Source: Candidatus Bathyarchaeia archaeon
GTDB lineage: Archaea > Thermoproteota > Bathyarchaeia > Bathyarchaeales > Bathycorpusculaceae
Reading direction: 5' to 3'
Length of the DNA stretch: 64,000 bases
NCBI GenBank assembly: GCA_038882655.1
Contig: JAVZNT010000002.1
Span: forward strand, 32,001 to 96,000
In this document: piece by piece, positions 29,120 through 40,273 of the stretch
How positions within the stretch are numbered: the first letter of the stretch is position 1
Layout of the letters: each line of letters begins with the position of its first letter
The notes under the pieces: model-generated
What the model was told of the DNA's origin: nothing
Seen by the model: only the letters and a program-made list of their open reading frames with translations
The model's database searches: none
Translations under genes and position numbers: made by a program

Positions 29120-30337
29120 ATGGTAGATTTCAGCTTCACCGAAGAGCAGGAACTTTTCCGCAAAGCAGTCCGCGAATGGTGCCGAAAAGAGCTTACACTG
29201 GAAAAGGTTAGAGAAATGGATAGCAAAGGGGAAATCCCAAGGGAAATTATCAAGGGATTGGCTGATTTAGGATTACTGCTTATGACCGTGCCGGAGGAGC
29301 ATGGCGGGGCAGGCGCCGACTGGGTTACGGCTTGCATTGCGGCTGAAGAGTTGGGCTATGCGGACATCAGCATTGCAGTGCCGGTGCTCTTTTTAGTTGA
29401 GGGTTCATGGGGCTTTGTAACCGACAAGTACTGCACTGAGCAAGTTCGAGAAGAAGTGATAAGGAAGGCTGCTAGGGGCGAAGCCTTCATTGGCATAGCC
29501 TCAACAGAAGCGGGCGGAGGCTCAGATGTTGCAGCCATAAAGTCAACAGGCACAAAGGAAGAAGCCCATTGGATTTTAAATGGAGAGAAAACCTACATAA
29601 GCGGGACAGAAGAAGCAAAAAAATTTGGTGGGGGACACTTTACACTGGTTAGGACAGCGCCGCCGCCTCCAGGAGCATCCCACCGGGGCATAACAGCCTT
29701 CTACTTGCCAATAAATGCGCCGGGCGTGGAAGTTGGCAAACGCTTTGAGGAAATGGGGCGCATGGCAATTTCAACTGGAAGCATAGTTATGGACAATGTT
29801 AGGCTTTCAGACGCCTACCGCTTAGGCGAAGAGGGAAGAGGCTTCTACTTAACCATGGAAGGCTTCGACAATGCAAGGCTGCTGATAGGCGCCACCTGTT
29901 TGGGGGCTGCCCAAAAAGCCTTAGAACTTGGAATTGATTATATTAAAGAGCGACAAGCCTTTGGAAACCCCATTGGAAAGTATGAGGGCATCCAGTTTGA
30001 CTTGGCGGACATGTGGGCTGAGCTTGAGGCTTTAAGGTCTCTTGTTTACCGAACAGCATGGATGAACGATGAAAAATATAAGCAGAGACGCTTCACACCA
30101 CTAGAAGTCACAAAGTACGTTTCAGCGGTTAAGCTGAGGGTTCCACCCTTCGCCTTCAAAGTTTTTGAGCACGTGCTCTTATGGATGGGGGCTTGGGGCT
30201 ACACAAAAGAATGCCCGCTAGAAATGGGACTACGGGGCATAATGTCCTACTACATCGGAGCTGAAGGCGCCATGAACATCCAACGAATCATCATAGCCAG
30301 AGAACTGCTGGGCAGAGACTACATACCATACAAATAA
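29120..30337 (+). CDS. Acyl-CoA dehydrogenase
   Basis: TEAGGGSD, LNGEKTYI, R.AFG.PI..YEGIQ, GAWGY, EGA.NIQR. Confidence 0.92.
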   Translation: MVDFSFTEEQELFRKAVREWCRKELTLEKVREMDSKGEIPREIIKGLADLGLLLMTVPEEHGGAGADWVTACIAAEELGYADISIAVPVLFLVEGSWGFVTDKYCTEQVREEVIRKAARGEAFIGIASTEAGGGSDVAAIKSTGTKEEAHWILNGEKTYISGTEEAKKFGGGHFTLVRTAPPPPGASHRGITAFYLPINAPGVEVGKRFEEMGRMAISTGSIVMDNVRLSDAYRLGEEGRGFYLTMEGFDNARLLIGATCLGAAQKALELGIDYIKERQAFGNPIGKYEGIQFDLADMWAELEALRSLVYRTAWMNDEKYKQRRFTPLEVTKYVSAVKLRVPPFAFKVFEHVLLWMGAWGYTKECPLEMGLRGIMSYYIGAEGAMNIQRIIIARELLGRDYIPYK

Positions 30338-30373
30338 CCCTTCTTTTCTATATCATATGTTGGGCTGCCTTTA

Positions 30374-31483
30374 ATGAGCTATCAAATAAGGTGCGCTGTT
30401 TGTAAGCGAGAATCTCTAAGCCTAATAGACTATGAATGCCAAGAATGCGGAAGCCCGCTAGATGTGAAGCTTAACATAACCTTCAACATAGGAGACATCC
30501 AAACAGGTGTTCGTGGCGTTTGGCGTTACGCAAAATTCTTCCCCTATGTGAAGGCATCGGAAATTGTGACACTTGGCGAGGGCTGGACACCGCTGGTAAA
30601 GTTTTCAGAAAACCTCTACTTTAAGCTTGAAAACCTAAACCCAACAGGCTCCTTCAAGGATAGGGGCTCAACAGTTCTAATATCAGCTGTTCATAAGCAG
30701 ATTAAGGCTTGCGGAGGCTATATTGCTGAGAACTCGTCTGGTAACGCTGGAGCTTCGATAGCGGCTTATGCTGCTCGCGCCGGGTTAAAAGCCAAGATAT
30801 ATGTGCCGGAAAATGTTTCTGGACCAAAATTCAACCAGATAATGTTTTACGGCGCAGAAGCCGTGAAAGTGGCTGATTCTAGAAGTCGTGTGGCCGATGA
30901 AGCAAAAAAGCCGGAAGCTGAAAAGTTTTATGTTGGGCACATTTTGCATCCCCTCTTCCGCGATGGAATAAGAAGCCTAGCCTACGAAATAGCCGAACAA
31001 CTGGAGTGGAAGCCTCCGGAAAGGGTTTACCTTCCAGTTTCGGCTGGAACGCTGCTTTTAGGCGTTATAAACGGTTTTAGGCATTTGAAAGAGGCTGGCG
31101 TAATCAAGGACGTGCCGAAAATTGTGGCTTGCCAGACGAGGCAAGTCTCGCCCTTATACCACCGTTTTAAAGGCTTGCACTACCAGCCTCCAGAAAGGAT
31201 AAATTCGATTGCAGATGCGCTGGTAAGCACAAACCCGCCACTTTTAGAGCTTATGGTTAAAAGTTTAAGGGAGGTTGACGGCGACGCCATACTGGTTGAA
31301 GAAGAGGAAATAATCCGATCCTTCAAAGAACTGGCTAAGATGGGATTTTATGTGGAGCCAAGCTCAGCAGTGGCTTACGCAGCCTACCAAAAGCAACTAT
31401 GGAAAGAGGCAGCGGTGCGAAAAGAGAAAACAGTAATAATCTTGACTGGAACAGGACTGAAAACAACATTGGCGAACCTTTAA
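30374..31483 (+). CDS. Threonine synthase-like PLP enzyme (fold type II) with N-terminal Zn ribbon
   Basis: CAVC/CQEC, LGEGWTPL, NPTGSFKDRG, SSGNAG, VEPSSA, LTGTGLK. Confidence 0.85.
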   Translation: MSYQIRCAVCKRESLSLIDYECQECGSPLDVKLNITFNIGDIQTGVRGVWRYAKFFPYVKASEIVTLGEGWTPLVKFSENLYFKLENLNPTGSFKDRGSTVLISAVHKQIKACGGYIAENSSGNAGASIAAYAARAGLKAKIYVPENVSGPKFNQIMFYGAEAVKVADSRSRVADEAKKPEAEKFYVGHILHPLFRDGIRSLAYEIAEQLEWKPPERVYLPVSAGTLLLGVINGFRHLKEAGVIKDVPKIVACQTRQVSPLYHRFKGLHYQPPERINSIADALVSTNPPLLELMVKSLREVDGDAILVEEEEIIRSFKELAKMGFYVEPSSAVAYAAYQKQLWKEAAVRKEKTVIILTGTGLKTTLANL

Positions 31484-31831
31484 GTCCTCACGTTGATGGA
31501 AATTTGACCCACAACCCAATTTTGGTTTAATAACGCAAATCAAATGATTCCATCGCAAAACTCGCCAGAGCCTAACGAGTCTCCGTAGGGAGCGCTTCTC
31601 ATTGCTGAAACTACTGCCTTTGCGGCAATAACCATAACCAACTATTATTTTAAAGTACAAAAGAAAATTCGCTGAGATGCCGAGCGTCTTTTCTGTTTTT
31701 ATGAAATTGGACTTTGAATGTTTCTAATATGAAATTTGGTAAACGAAGCTATTTCGAAACGTGTTTAGTTAGGCGTTGTTAAGGAAAAATTTATATTGTA
31801 ATGCTGTTTCTCATTGTGACGCATTAGGGGG

Positions 31832-33475
31832 TTGTTTGGTTTGTCATCGCCCGCATCAGCCGGAGTCCCAGTTCTAATATTAAAGGAAGGCTCAAGCCGC
31901 TCAAGGGGTAGGGAAGCCCAACACACAAACATTATGGCTGCCCGCATAATAGCCGAAACCGTGAAAAGCTCCCTTGGGCCAAAGGGTATGGACAAGATGC
32001 TCGTGGATAGTTTCGGCGACGTCACAATAACCAGTGACGGTCGCACAATTTTGGATGAGATGGATGTTCAGCATCCAGCCGCAAAAATGATGGTTGAAGT
32101 AGCTAAAACGCAGGACAATGAGGCTGGAGATGGAACAACTACAGCCGTTATTCTTGCTGGAGAATTACTGGCGAAGGCTGAGGAGCTTATTGGCAAAAAC
32201 ATTCACCCAACAATAATAATTGATGGTTATAAGAAAGCTTTAGAAAAGTCCCTTGAAATTCTGGAGAAGATAGCCATACCCGTCGACTTAAACTCTCAGG
32301 AATATTTACGGAAAGCCGCCATGACATCTATGGCGAGTAAGCTTGTAGCCGAGCATAGGGAGTACCTCGCCGATTTGGCTGTTAAGGCAATTCTGCAAGT
32401 TGCTGAAAGGGAAGGTAAAAAATACAAGGCGGATGTGGACGACGTCAAGGTTGAGAAGAAGCCTGGCGAATCCGTTAGGGATACGATGCTCATAAATGGC
32501 ATAGTCCTAGACAAGGAAGTCGTCCACTCCGGCATGCCTAAACGTGTGGAAAATGCTAAAATCGCCTTGCTGGACTGCCCCTTAGAAATCGAGAAGACGG
32601 AGTTTGACGCTAAAATAAACATTGAAAGCCCCGAGCAGATGGACGCCTTCTTAAAACAGGAGGAAGCCATGCTAAAGGATATGGTGGAAAAGCTTGCCGC
32701 CATAGGCGCGAATGTTGTGCTTTGCCAGAAGGGCATAGATGACATGGCACAGCACTTCCTAGCCAGAAGGGGAATCCTTGCAGTGCGCCGTATCAAGAAG
32801 TCGGATATGGAGAAGTTGGCAAAAGCCACAGGTGGCAAAATAATAACTAATTTGGACGATGTGAGCCCAGCAGACTTGGGCTATGCAAGCCTTGTGGAAG
32901 AGCGGAAAATCGGCGACGACAAAATGACCTTTGTTGAAGGTTGCAAACATCCAAGGGCAGTCACCATCCTCATAAGGGGGGCAACAGAACGCATAGTGGA
33001 AGAGGCTGAACGCTCTGTGCATGACGCCCTATGCGTTGTCCGCGACATCGTTGAAGAACCAAAAGTCTTGGCTGGAGGAGGCGCCCCAGAACTAGAAATA
33101 GCCAAAGCCCTAAAGAAGTACGCTGAAACCCTTCCGGGAAGGGAACAATTAGCCGTTAAAAGCTTCGCAGAAGCCCTAGAGGCTATACCGGCAACACTTA
33201 CTGAAAACGCTGGCTTAGATCCAATAGACATACTCTCCGAGCTTAGAGCCAAACACGAGAAGGGCGAAGCATGGGCTGGAATTGAAGTGCATTCTGGAAA
33301 AGTTCAAGACATGAAAGAAGCCGGAGTCTTTGAACCAATTTCCGTCAAAAAACAAGCGGTCAAGTCTGCAACTGAAGCCGCGTCAATGATTCTGAAAATC
33401 GACGACGTTATAGCTGCTGGAAAGGCTAAAACTCCCCCGATGCCGCCTAAGGGTCCACCCCAAGGCGAATATTAA
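31832..33475 (+). CDS. ths: Thermosome (group II chaperonin) subunit
   Basis: [28 protein letters not shown]. Confidence 0.96.
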   Translation: MFGLSSPASAGVPVLILKEGSSRSRGREAQHTNIMAARIIAETVKSSLGPKGMDKMLVDSFGDVTITSDGRTILDEMDVQHPAAKMMVEVAKTQDNEAGDGTTTAVILAGELLAKAEELIGKNIHPTIIIDGYKKALEKSLEILEKIAIPVDLNSQEYLRKAAMTSMASKLVAEHREYLADLAVKAILQVAEREGKKYKADVDDVKVEKKPGESVRDTMLINGIVLDKEVVHSGMPKRVENAKIALLDCPLEIEKTEFDAKINIESPEQMDAFLKQEEAMLKDMVEKLAAIGANVVLCQKGIDDMAQHFLARRGILAVRRIKKSDMEKLAKATGGKIITNLDDVSPADLGYASLVEERKIGDDKMTFVEGCKHPRAVTILIRGATERIVEEAERSVHDALCVVRDIVEEPKVLAGGGAPELEIAKALKKYAETLPGREQLAVKSFAEALEAIPATLTENAGLDPIDILSELRAKHEKGEAWAGIEVHSGKVQDMKEAGVFEPISVKKQAVKSATEAASMILKIDDVIAAGKAKTPPMPPKGPPQGEY

Positions 33476-33487
33476 GGCTCTGGGGAG

Positions 33488-33757
33488 TTGAACACGTCTA
33501 AAAAAGAGAAGAAAATCTTGGTTGGTCCTCCAAGGCTTACCCGTTTCGAGAAAGCCAGAGTAGTCGGCGCAAGAGCCCTCCAAATATCCATGGGCGCCCC
33601 GATCCTTGTTGATGTTTCTGAAGTCTATTCAAGCCCAATAGACATAGCCCTAAAAGAGCTTGAAGCTGGAATACTGCCCATAACAATTAGGCGGACGCTT
33701 CCAGACGGCACTTATCAGGATATTCCGCTCAAGTGGCTTCTAGAAGGAGAAAAGTAG
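33488..33757 (+). CDS. rpoK: DNA-directed RNA polymerase subunit K (Rpo6)
   Basis: LTRFEKARVVGARALQISMGAP. Confidence 0.95.
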   Translation: MNTSKKEKKILVGPPRLTRFEKARVVGARALQISMGAPILVDVSEVYSSPIDIALKELEAGILPITIRRTLPDGTYQDIPLKWLLEGEK

Positions 33758-33762
33758 TAAAG

Positions 33763-34980
33763 CTATAGTTGGAAGATTTTTCTGTCAAAGTTTGTTAAGA
33801 ACTCTGCCCTACTCTTCTTTACAAGAACCATATCCTCAACCCGCAGGTAATATTCGCCAGCATGCCATAATTTGGGTTCTAAAGCGATCACCATGTTTTC
33901 GCAGATAACCCCATTGTATATTGGACTAAGCCATGGAGGTTCATGCACTTCAACGCCTATGCTGTGCCCAAGGTTTTTGGTTGGCAAACGTGCCCGTAAA
34001 TATTTTCCATATCCAAGTCGGTCTAAGACGCTTTCTAAGAATGGGAAGAGATCACAAGCGCGCATGCTGCCGTCATATATTTTGTCCACTGTTTCGAGAA
34101 CCGCTTGTTGAAGTGCTTCGTAACCCTTCGCAACTTCGGCTGTGGCGCTTCCAAAATAGAAGCTTCTTCCGAAATCAGAACAGTAGCCATCCATCACAAA
34201 ACCAATGTCAAACGCTATGGACGTGCCTTTCACCAGTCCCTCATTTTTTGGGTAGATAAATGGGTTTGGAGAAACTTCAGAGCCAGATTTGACAAAACCC
34301 ACCGTAGGAGGAAACGACACGCTAGAGGCCCCGTAAAGTTTCCCATAAAACTCCACCTCAATTTCTAGTTGACGCTGGGTCACGCCCTCCCTGATTTTTG
34401 GGATTACCGCCTCTAACACTTTGTCAGTCAGCCTCGCTACATTTCTAAGCTTCTCGATTTCTTCGGGCTCCTTAACAACCCTCAAGTTGTCCATGAAACC
34501 TTCAGCGTTGACAAACTTAACACGCTTAACAAGGCGGGTGATTTCCGTTATAGTTGTTCCCCAAACATGGTCGCCCAGCCCGATGACACCGCTTTTAAAA
34601 TTCAAGTCTAACAGAACTTTCCTGAGCATATCACCATAACTTTCATCTTTCCTCAATATGCGGACATCTTTAATCCATGTTTCGCCTGTTTGTTCTAGCC
34701 AGCCTTCTGCAAGGGTCAAAACTGGTTCACCTGTTCTCGGCACAAAAACATTGTTTACATGACTTCCAAGGTCTATACCGTTGCGCCAGTCAATTAGGAG
34801 TCCTGTCAAGTACTGGAAGTTTTGGCATGAACCGAAAACAACTAGGTCAATGTTTTCTTCATCCATTTTTTTCTGAAGCCCGAGAAGCCTTCTTTTGAAT
34901 CCTATGTTGCTTTTCAACTTCATTGTCTCCGGCTTGACATCAAACAGAGTTGCATGGTGTTTAAAGGTTTTCCCCTTCAA
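33763..34980 (-). CDS. Xaa-Pro peptidase (M24 family)
   Basis: DIG....GYCSDFGR, GHSIGVEVHE, LEP, RVED. Confidence 0.9.
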   Translation of the reverse strand: MKGKTFKHHATLFDVKPETMKLKSNIGFKRRLLGLQKKMDEENIDLVVFGSCQNFQYLTGLLIDWRNGIDLGSHVNNVFVPRTGEPVLTLAEGWLEQTGETWIKDVRILRKDESYGDMLRKVLLDLNFKSGVIGLGDHVWGTTITEITRLVKRVKFVNAEGFMDNLRVVKEPEEIEKLRNVARLTDKVLEAVIPKIREGVTQRQLEIEVEFYGKLYGASSVSFPPTVGFVKSGSEVSPNPFIYPKNEGLVKGTSIAFDIGFVMDGYCSDFGRSFYFGSATAEVAKGYEALQQAVLETVDKIYDGSMRACDLFPFLESVLDRLGYGKYLRARLPTKNLGHSIGVEVHEPPWLSPIYNGVICENMVIALEPKLWHAGEYYLRVEDMVLVKKSRAEFLTNFDRKIFQL

Positions 34981-34983
34981 ACC

Positions 34984-35469
34984 CTATTCCGCTGGCTTAC
35001 TTTTAGCCAGTTCTTTAGCGCTTTCAAGAGTTTTTCTTATTCTTGTCCAGTGGGCTCCCTGCCAGTAGATTTGCCCGCATTTTGGGCACTGCCAAAACTC
35101 GTTGTAGTAGGCGAATGTAGTTTCTTCAACCTTGTCCTTAACGTTTTCCTTTGATGTTGGCTTTACTTGTGCGTTGCATTTTGGACAACGCGAGACAGCC
35201 ATGTTTATGTCTAAGCTTATACCGAATTTCTTGGCTAGTTGCGCCAGCTTTTCAGCTTCTGTTCTGCCGTCTACGTAGAAGGCTTGGACGCCTTTTGCTG
35301 TGGCTTGCTGGTAAAGCTCTAAATCCCTCGTTAAGAGTATGCGCTTCTCCCTCTTTGCTATGGCAATTAATTGCACGTCGTCCAGTTTATTCGAGTATTT
35401 CACGTTGTGTCCCAGCATCCTAAGCCAACGGGTGAGTTTCCCAAGCATACCATCAACAATGAATTTCAA
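34984..35469 (-). CDS. Mut7-C RNase domain protein (DUF82)
   Basis: DGMLGKL.RWLR, LTRD, RCPKCN, CPKCGQIYWQGAH. Confidence 0.92.
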   Translation of the reverse strand: MKFIVDGMLGKLTRWLRMLGHNVKYSNKLDDVQLIAIAKREKRILLTRDLELYQQATAKGVQAFYVDGRTEAEKLAQLAKKFGISLDINMAVSRCPKCNAQVKPTSKENVKDKVEETTFAYYNEFWQCPKCGQIYWQGAHWTRIRKTLESAKELAKSKPAE

Positions 35470-35476
35470 GGCTATT

Positions 35477-36829
35477 TTATTCCCCCGCTTTCGCCTGGGG
35501 TTTAATTATTTTTCCACATCCGGGTTTAGCCACTATTTCGCCTTCATCCATAACTAGTTTTCCGCCTACAAAAGTTTTGATAACCATGCCTTTGGCTGTT
35601 CTGCCATCGAAGGGTGAAAACTTCGCCTTAGAATGGAAACGCAAAGCATCAATCTTAACCTCTCTTTTCAAATCAACAGCCACCAAGTCGGCTCTAAAAC
35701 CCTCCTTTAGGTTTCCAAAACCATCTAACCCAAAAATTCTCGATGGGTTCTCACTCATAAGCCTAACAACATCGGCTAGACCAAGCCTTCCAGCATTCAC
35801 CTCAGTAAGCAGTAGCGGAAGGGTTGTTTCAAGCCCGGGAATGCCAACCTTAACATCCCAAACGCTGTCAGCATTTTTCTCCGCCAAAGTGTGGGGTGCA
35901 TGGTCTGAACCCACCACGTCAATCCAACCGTTTTTCACGCCTTCCAGTAAAGCTGTGTTATGGCTTTTGCTTCGAAGCGGAGGCATTGTCAGAGCCAACA
36001 TCCCAAAACGCCTAAAATCTTCAGCAGACAAGAGCAAATGATGGGGCGTAACCTCACACGTCACTGGTAGCCCCACCTTTTTCGCCGCAATCACTAGACT
36101 TAAGCCTTGCTTTGTGCTTATGTGGCAAAAGTGCACTCGCGCCCTTGCTTCTTCCACTATTTTTAGTACGCGTTTTACAGCTTTAGCTTCCACCCTTTCA
36201 GAATGAGCCTCGAGGAAAGCATCAACATCGTTTTTGCCTTCTAGCTTAAGCCTCTCTTCGACACTTTTAATCATGCTCTTGTCTTCGGCGTGCACAGCAA
36301 TCGGGGTTCTTGAAGTCACCTTTTCGAAGGCTTCTGCAAGTGCACCGTCATCTTCTATGTTTAGTCCGCCCACCTGTTCGCTTAGGAAAAGCTTAAAAGC
36401 CATCGCGCCAGCGCCAATTATCTCGTCTATTTCATGTAGGCTTTTTGGGAACTCAGAGTAAAAGCCCACATTAACCAAAATCTTTTCCTCGGCTTTTTTC
36501 ATCCTACTTTTCAAAGTTTCAGCGCTCATGGTCACTGGGTTGTTGTTGGGCATGTCCAACACCGTTGTGAAGCCGCCAGCTGCAGCGGCTGCCGTGCCGC
36601 TATAGAAGTCTTCTTTATAGGCTTTGCCCTCATCCCTCAGGTGCACATGAACGTCAATCAAGCCGGGCAAAACAAGAAGCCCCTTAAGGCTGATTTCAGC
36701 GTCAGCGTTAGGCATCTGCGGCTCTTTCCCAATTTTCGCTATTTTGCCGTTTTCGATAGCTAGGCAGCACTCTTTCACCTCGCCGTTCACATAGGCTTTT
36801 GGGTCTTTTAAGACGAGTTCAGCTTTCAA
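35477..36829 (-). CDS. pyrC: Dihydroorotase (cyclic amidohydrolase)
   Basis: DVHVHLRD, DMPN, HAED, HIST, EVTPHH, SDHAPH. Confidence 0.88.
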   Translation of the reverse strand: MKAELVLKDPKAYVNGEVKECCLAIENGKIAKIGKEPQMPNADAEISLKGLLVLPGLIDVHVHLRDEGKAYKEDFYSGTAAAAAGGFTTVLDMPNNNPVTMSAETLKSRMKKAEEKILVNVGFYSEFPKSLHEIDEIIGAGAMAFKLFLSEQVGGLNIEDDGALAEAFEKVTSRTPIAVHAEDKSMIKSVEERLKLEGKNDVDAFLEAHSERVEAKAVKRVLKIVEEARARVHFCHISTKQGLSLVIAAKKVGLPVTCEVTPHHLLLSAEDFRRFGMLALTMPPLRSKSHNTALLEGVKNGWIDVVGSDHAPHTLAEKNADSVWDVKVGIPGLETTLPLLLTEVNAGRLGLADVVRLMSENPSRIFGLDGFGNLKEGFRADLVAVDLKREVKIDALRFHSKAKFSPFDGRTAKGMVIKTFVGGKLVMDEGEIVAKPGCGKIIKPQAKAGE

Positions 36830-36865
36830 CTTTCCACTCTTAGCTGGAAAATAAATGCTTAGAAG

Positions 36866-38296
36866 CTAAATAAATTTAGTCGAAAGCTTTTCAACGAAGC
36901 TTTTTTCGGTTACCGCTGCAACAACGCCTTTAACTTTTTCAAAAAGTGCTTCACTTACAATGCCTTTTTCTAGGGCTTTTTCAAGCTTTTCCATATCCAC
37001 AATCTTCGTTTCGCCGCTTGAGCAGATGCAAACATCCACTTCTAAATCGATGTAACGAACTGCATCTGGGTATATTTCCACCGGCGTGTTTATGTTTATG
37101 TATGCGCCCTTCCACCGCCCGTTCCTTGAGAAGTAGTTGGTGGTTATGTACCAGTCGCCAAGCTTTGTTTCACTTGCCGCCTCGTCGCCAGCCTCTTTGG
37201 CTACGCCTAACCCGTCGTAAAAGCCGTCAGCTCTAATGGTTCTGCTGTATCTTAGTTCTTGGCTGTTTATGGCTTCTATTGTTGCGTGTCCAAGGTGGAA
37301 GACTGCGCCGCCTAGCTTAACGTGTTCCACATCAACCGTTGAGCCTTCCACTGGGAATTCTGGCTGAACATGCGCTTTTAGAAGTTCTTCAACCTCGCTT
37401 TTGCTTTGTCCCCTTTCCAGGAGTTTTTCAGCCATTTCTAGGGCTGCTGAAACCTTGTCGCCGCAGCTTTTGTAGAAGTGGTGTCCATCAATGGTTGGCG
37501 AAACAGAAGCCCTTAAAACGTCCAGCTTCGCTTTTGAAAGGCGTGGAAACTCAACATCCATAAAATGTAAGCCTTCAATAAGTAAGGCTGGCGCATTAGC
37601 CAAAGCAGCGCTCTCGTTTAAGGCTTTAATCTTTTCGGAGAGATTTGCCACCTCATTTTCCAAAACTGTTTTTGGCGTGTGGGCGGCTGGTTCCCGCCAA
37701 ATTATCCCCCAACCATCTGGCGCCAACTTTTTTCCAAGCGTGTAAAGCTCAGCCCGTTTGTTTATGTCCCTAATTTTTAGGCTTACTCCACCGTTGCTTT
37801 CATGTGCCAGTATGGCGTAGTTCCCAACAATTTTAAGCTGAGTTGTCAAAACTGGAGTTTTTCTTCCTATGCGTTTTCTCGAGACTTGGACTATTACAGC
37901 TTTTCCAATCGGGTTTCGGCTTCCGCTGGAGGCTTCATATTTCGGCAGTAGTCCAACAACATCTTCACTTATTTTGACTTGAAATGCATCATTGCTCTCA
38001 TCTATGATTGCGCCCTTGTATATGCCGTCCACGCTGGTGCTCCATTTTCTTGCTATGGCATCTTCAAATGTGGAGTGCAGAATTGTATGAAAGGCTTTTA
38101 TGGCTTCTGGTTTGCCTAGTGCCACCACTCCTTGGAGGTCATGCCTATCCTTTATTTTTAGGTCTGGAGGTTCGTTGTTGTCTGGTACACCGAGCCGCGC
38201 CTTTATGGCTTGGGATGGCTGAACTATTTGGAAGCTATTTTCTAAAAGCAGTTTTGTCAAGGCTGTTGTGTATATTCCCCTAACCTTGGCTCTCAA
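36866..38296 (-). CDS. fau-1: RNA-binding ribonuclease FAU-1 family (RNase E/G-like + DUF402)
   Basis: VRGIYTTALT, GIIWR, GHH, YDGL, YININTPVE, YIDLEVD. Confidence 0.85.
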   Translation of the reverse strand: MRAKVRGIYTTALTKLLLENSFQIVQPSQAIKARLGVPDNNEPPDLKIKDRHDLQGVVALGKPEAIKAFHTILHSTFEDAIARKWSTSVDGIYKGAIIDESNDAFQVKISEDVVGLLPKYEASSGSRNPIGKAVIVQVSRKRIGRKTPVLTTQLKIVGNYAILAHESNGGVSLKIRDINKRAELYTLGKKLAPDGWGIIWREPAAHTPKTVLENEVANLSEKIKALNESAALANAPALLIEGLHFMDVEFPRLSKAKLDVLRASVSPTIDGHHFYKSCGDKVSAALEMAEKLLERGQSKSEVEELLKAHVQPEFPVEGSTVDVEHVKLGGAVFHLGHATIEAINSQELRYSRTIRADGFYDGLGVAKEAGDEAASETKLGDWYITTNYFSRNGRWKGAYININTPVEIYPDAVRYIDLEVDVCICSSGETKIVDMEKLEKALEKGIVSEALFEKVKGVVAAVTEKSFVEKLSTKFI

Positions 38297-38298
38297 GG

Positions 38299-39337
38299 CT
38301 AGCCGACCTTCTCAACCTTGTAAAGCCCGTTAAGGCGCTCAACATTGAATTTTACGCCTAGGAGGATTTCAGCCAGCCAAATGTTTGTTTCTAAATGGTC
38401 TGAAAGGGCTCTTGTCAAGTAGGCTGATTTCCCCCCTAGCTAAAGCCACATAAGGGATGAGCATGTCAGCCAAATGCACGTCAACAGTAGCCCTAGAAGA
38501 GATTTCAGCGTGAAGTTTTTCCGCGGCTTCAACTCCCACAGTCTCGCTTGTTTTTCCAAGCTCTCCAATGGAGTCTGCGCCGAGCACCGCGCCCCTATCT
38601 GTTTCAGCCCAAAGCACTAGGGAGCTCCCCTTCTGGAGGGAATTAGACCTGTCGTTCACGATTTGAATGTCAGCCTTTAACCCGTGTTTTTGGAGATAAT
38701 TGTTGGCGGCTGTTGCTTGTCGTTCAGCCACCCGCCTATCCGCTAGGAAAGTGCATACCGAAACACCTTTAACATCTTTTATTTTGCCAAAATTTTCTAG
38801 GCATATGGGTTTAAGCTCCCTGCAAGGCTCAACCGTTAGGGTTGCCTCCCCCATGCCTTTTGGATAATAGCCATACTTGTGGACTGTTATTTCGGCGTTT
38901 ACGCCCATTCGCCTCAAAACCGGTAGGAAAACGAACCGCATATAGTTTATTGTTGGCGAGTGGGAAACATCTGTTCCGCCTTTTGAGATGCGGAGGCGGA
39001 TGCTGTTTTTTGCGAAGATGCAGATGGGTAACACGGTCATAATTAGCATCGGTATGCTTCCAGCAGTGCCGATCTCAGCCTCAAAAACCCCGCCTTTAAC
39101 TTCCTTCGGCGTGAACCAGAGTTCCCGAGAGTTTAAAACAGCGCCTCTAACTTCGGCGTTGCAGAGTTTCGCCGCTGTCAAAACAGCCTCCAAATGCTGT
39201 GGTCTCAAGCCGGGTTGTGGGCGGTTCTGGCGTATATTGTATATGTGGATAGACTGCCCAAGAATGGAGGCTAGGGCTACTGAAAGCCTTAGGATGGTTC
39301 CGCTTCCGCTTTTCTGACTTCCATCAATCTCAATCAA
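38299..39337 (-). CDS. rtcA: RNA 3'-terminal phosphate cyclase, with an apparent +1 frameshift in a G6 run near 38431-38436
   Basis: IDGS, RPQPGL.PQH, GGTDV, GYYPKG, DVHLADMLIPY; the family C-terminus (SDHLETNIW...VKF) continues in another frame to TAG at 38299. Confidence 0.88.
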
Positions 39338-39435
39338 CGGTGGCTGGCTCCTTCGTTTAATGCTACAGCGGCTTTCACAGACAATAATTAAATACAGCTA
39401 TAAGGGTATTAAGCATTTGAAGAGTGTGAACCTCC

Positions 39436-39846
39436 ATGAGCACGGAGAAGGAGCGCATCCAAAAACTGGCGGAAAAAGTGGACGAACTGCTGGTGGTTTT
39501 AAACAATATAGCAGAAGACCTCAGAATAGTTTCAGCATCGCTGAGATCCATAGCTGTTTCGCAGTTTGCTCAACCACCACCAACAGTCCCGGTAACGCCA
39601 ACGCCGGAGAAGCCAGAAGCAGAGAAACCCCTAGGCGTCGATGATGTTAAAATGATGTTCCCAGAAGATTTAGAAGGGCTTCTAAACTTTGAGGATAAGG
39701 GCGGATACATCAAAATCACGCCCCGCCAGTACTTGGGCGCAGAAAACTTCGCGAAAATAGCCCAAATAGCCCGAGGAGCTGGAGGAGACTACATAAGCGC
39801 TGGCAGGGAAAGCCACTTTCGCATACCGAAAAAGAAAGCAGTCTAA
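39436..39846 (+). CDS. Hypothetical protein (coiled-coil N-terminus, Pro-rich linker, small globular C-domain)
   Basis: 136-aa ORF with ATG start and coding-like composition. Confidence 0.65.
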   Translation: MSTEKERIQKLAEKVDELLVVLNNIAEDLRIVSASLRSIAVSQFAQPPPTVPVTPTPEKPEAEKPLGVDDVKMMFPEDLEGLLNFEDKGGYIKITPRQYLGAENFAKIAQIARGAGGDYISAGRESHFRIPKKKAV

Positions 39847-40118
39847 TATCTTATTTCGAAGTCTCGAAACTTGCCAGTGTAATTCTCCCACTTTACATCC
39901 ACTTTTGTCACTTTTGCACCGGGCGGTCCACACCTACAAAAATCTATAAGCTCTTTTACAACTGCTTTTTCGCCCTCGAAGACCGCCTCCACCCTACCGT
40001 CTGGAAGGTTTCGAACCCAACCCTTAACGCCGCGCATCTTAGCCTCATGTTTAGTTTCATACCTAAAAAACACTCCTTGGACGCGCCCACGGACAAACAC
40101 GTGTGCCCTAACCTTCAT
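39843..40118 (-). CDS. acyP: Acylphosphatase
   Basis: GRVQGVFFR, GWVRNLPDGRVE, GPP. Confidence 0.95.
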   Translation of the reverse strand: MKVRAHVFVRGRVQGVFFRYETKHEAKMRGVKGWVRNLPDGRVEAVFEGEKAVVKELIDFCRCGPPGAKVTKVDVKWENYTGKFRDFEIRY

Positions 40119-40273
40119 GGCGCCCTGTTCCCCTAATGTTTTGCCAAAATTCTACAGCATTCAGCATTTATGAGCTTTCACTTTAACTTAACTCTCTCCA
40201 CGGGGCGGTTTTGTCGTTGCACACACGCCTTTAAAAGGGATAAACGCCAAACCGCGTTCCGGAGGCTTAATCT

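Noticed and set aside
31484-31830. Intergenic gap before the thermosome gene as an ncRNA or small gene (ORFs 31397-31660, 31765-32046)
   Set aside because: No recognisable RNA structure or protein motif; probably promoter or decayed sequence
38420-38445. rtcA frameshift as another BHB intron
   Set aside because: Spacing to the family motif requires removing just one base in a homopolymer; no stem-bulge structure seen
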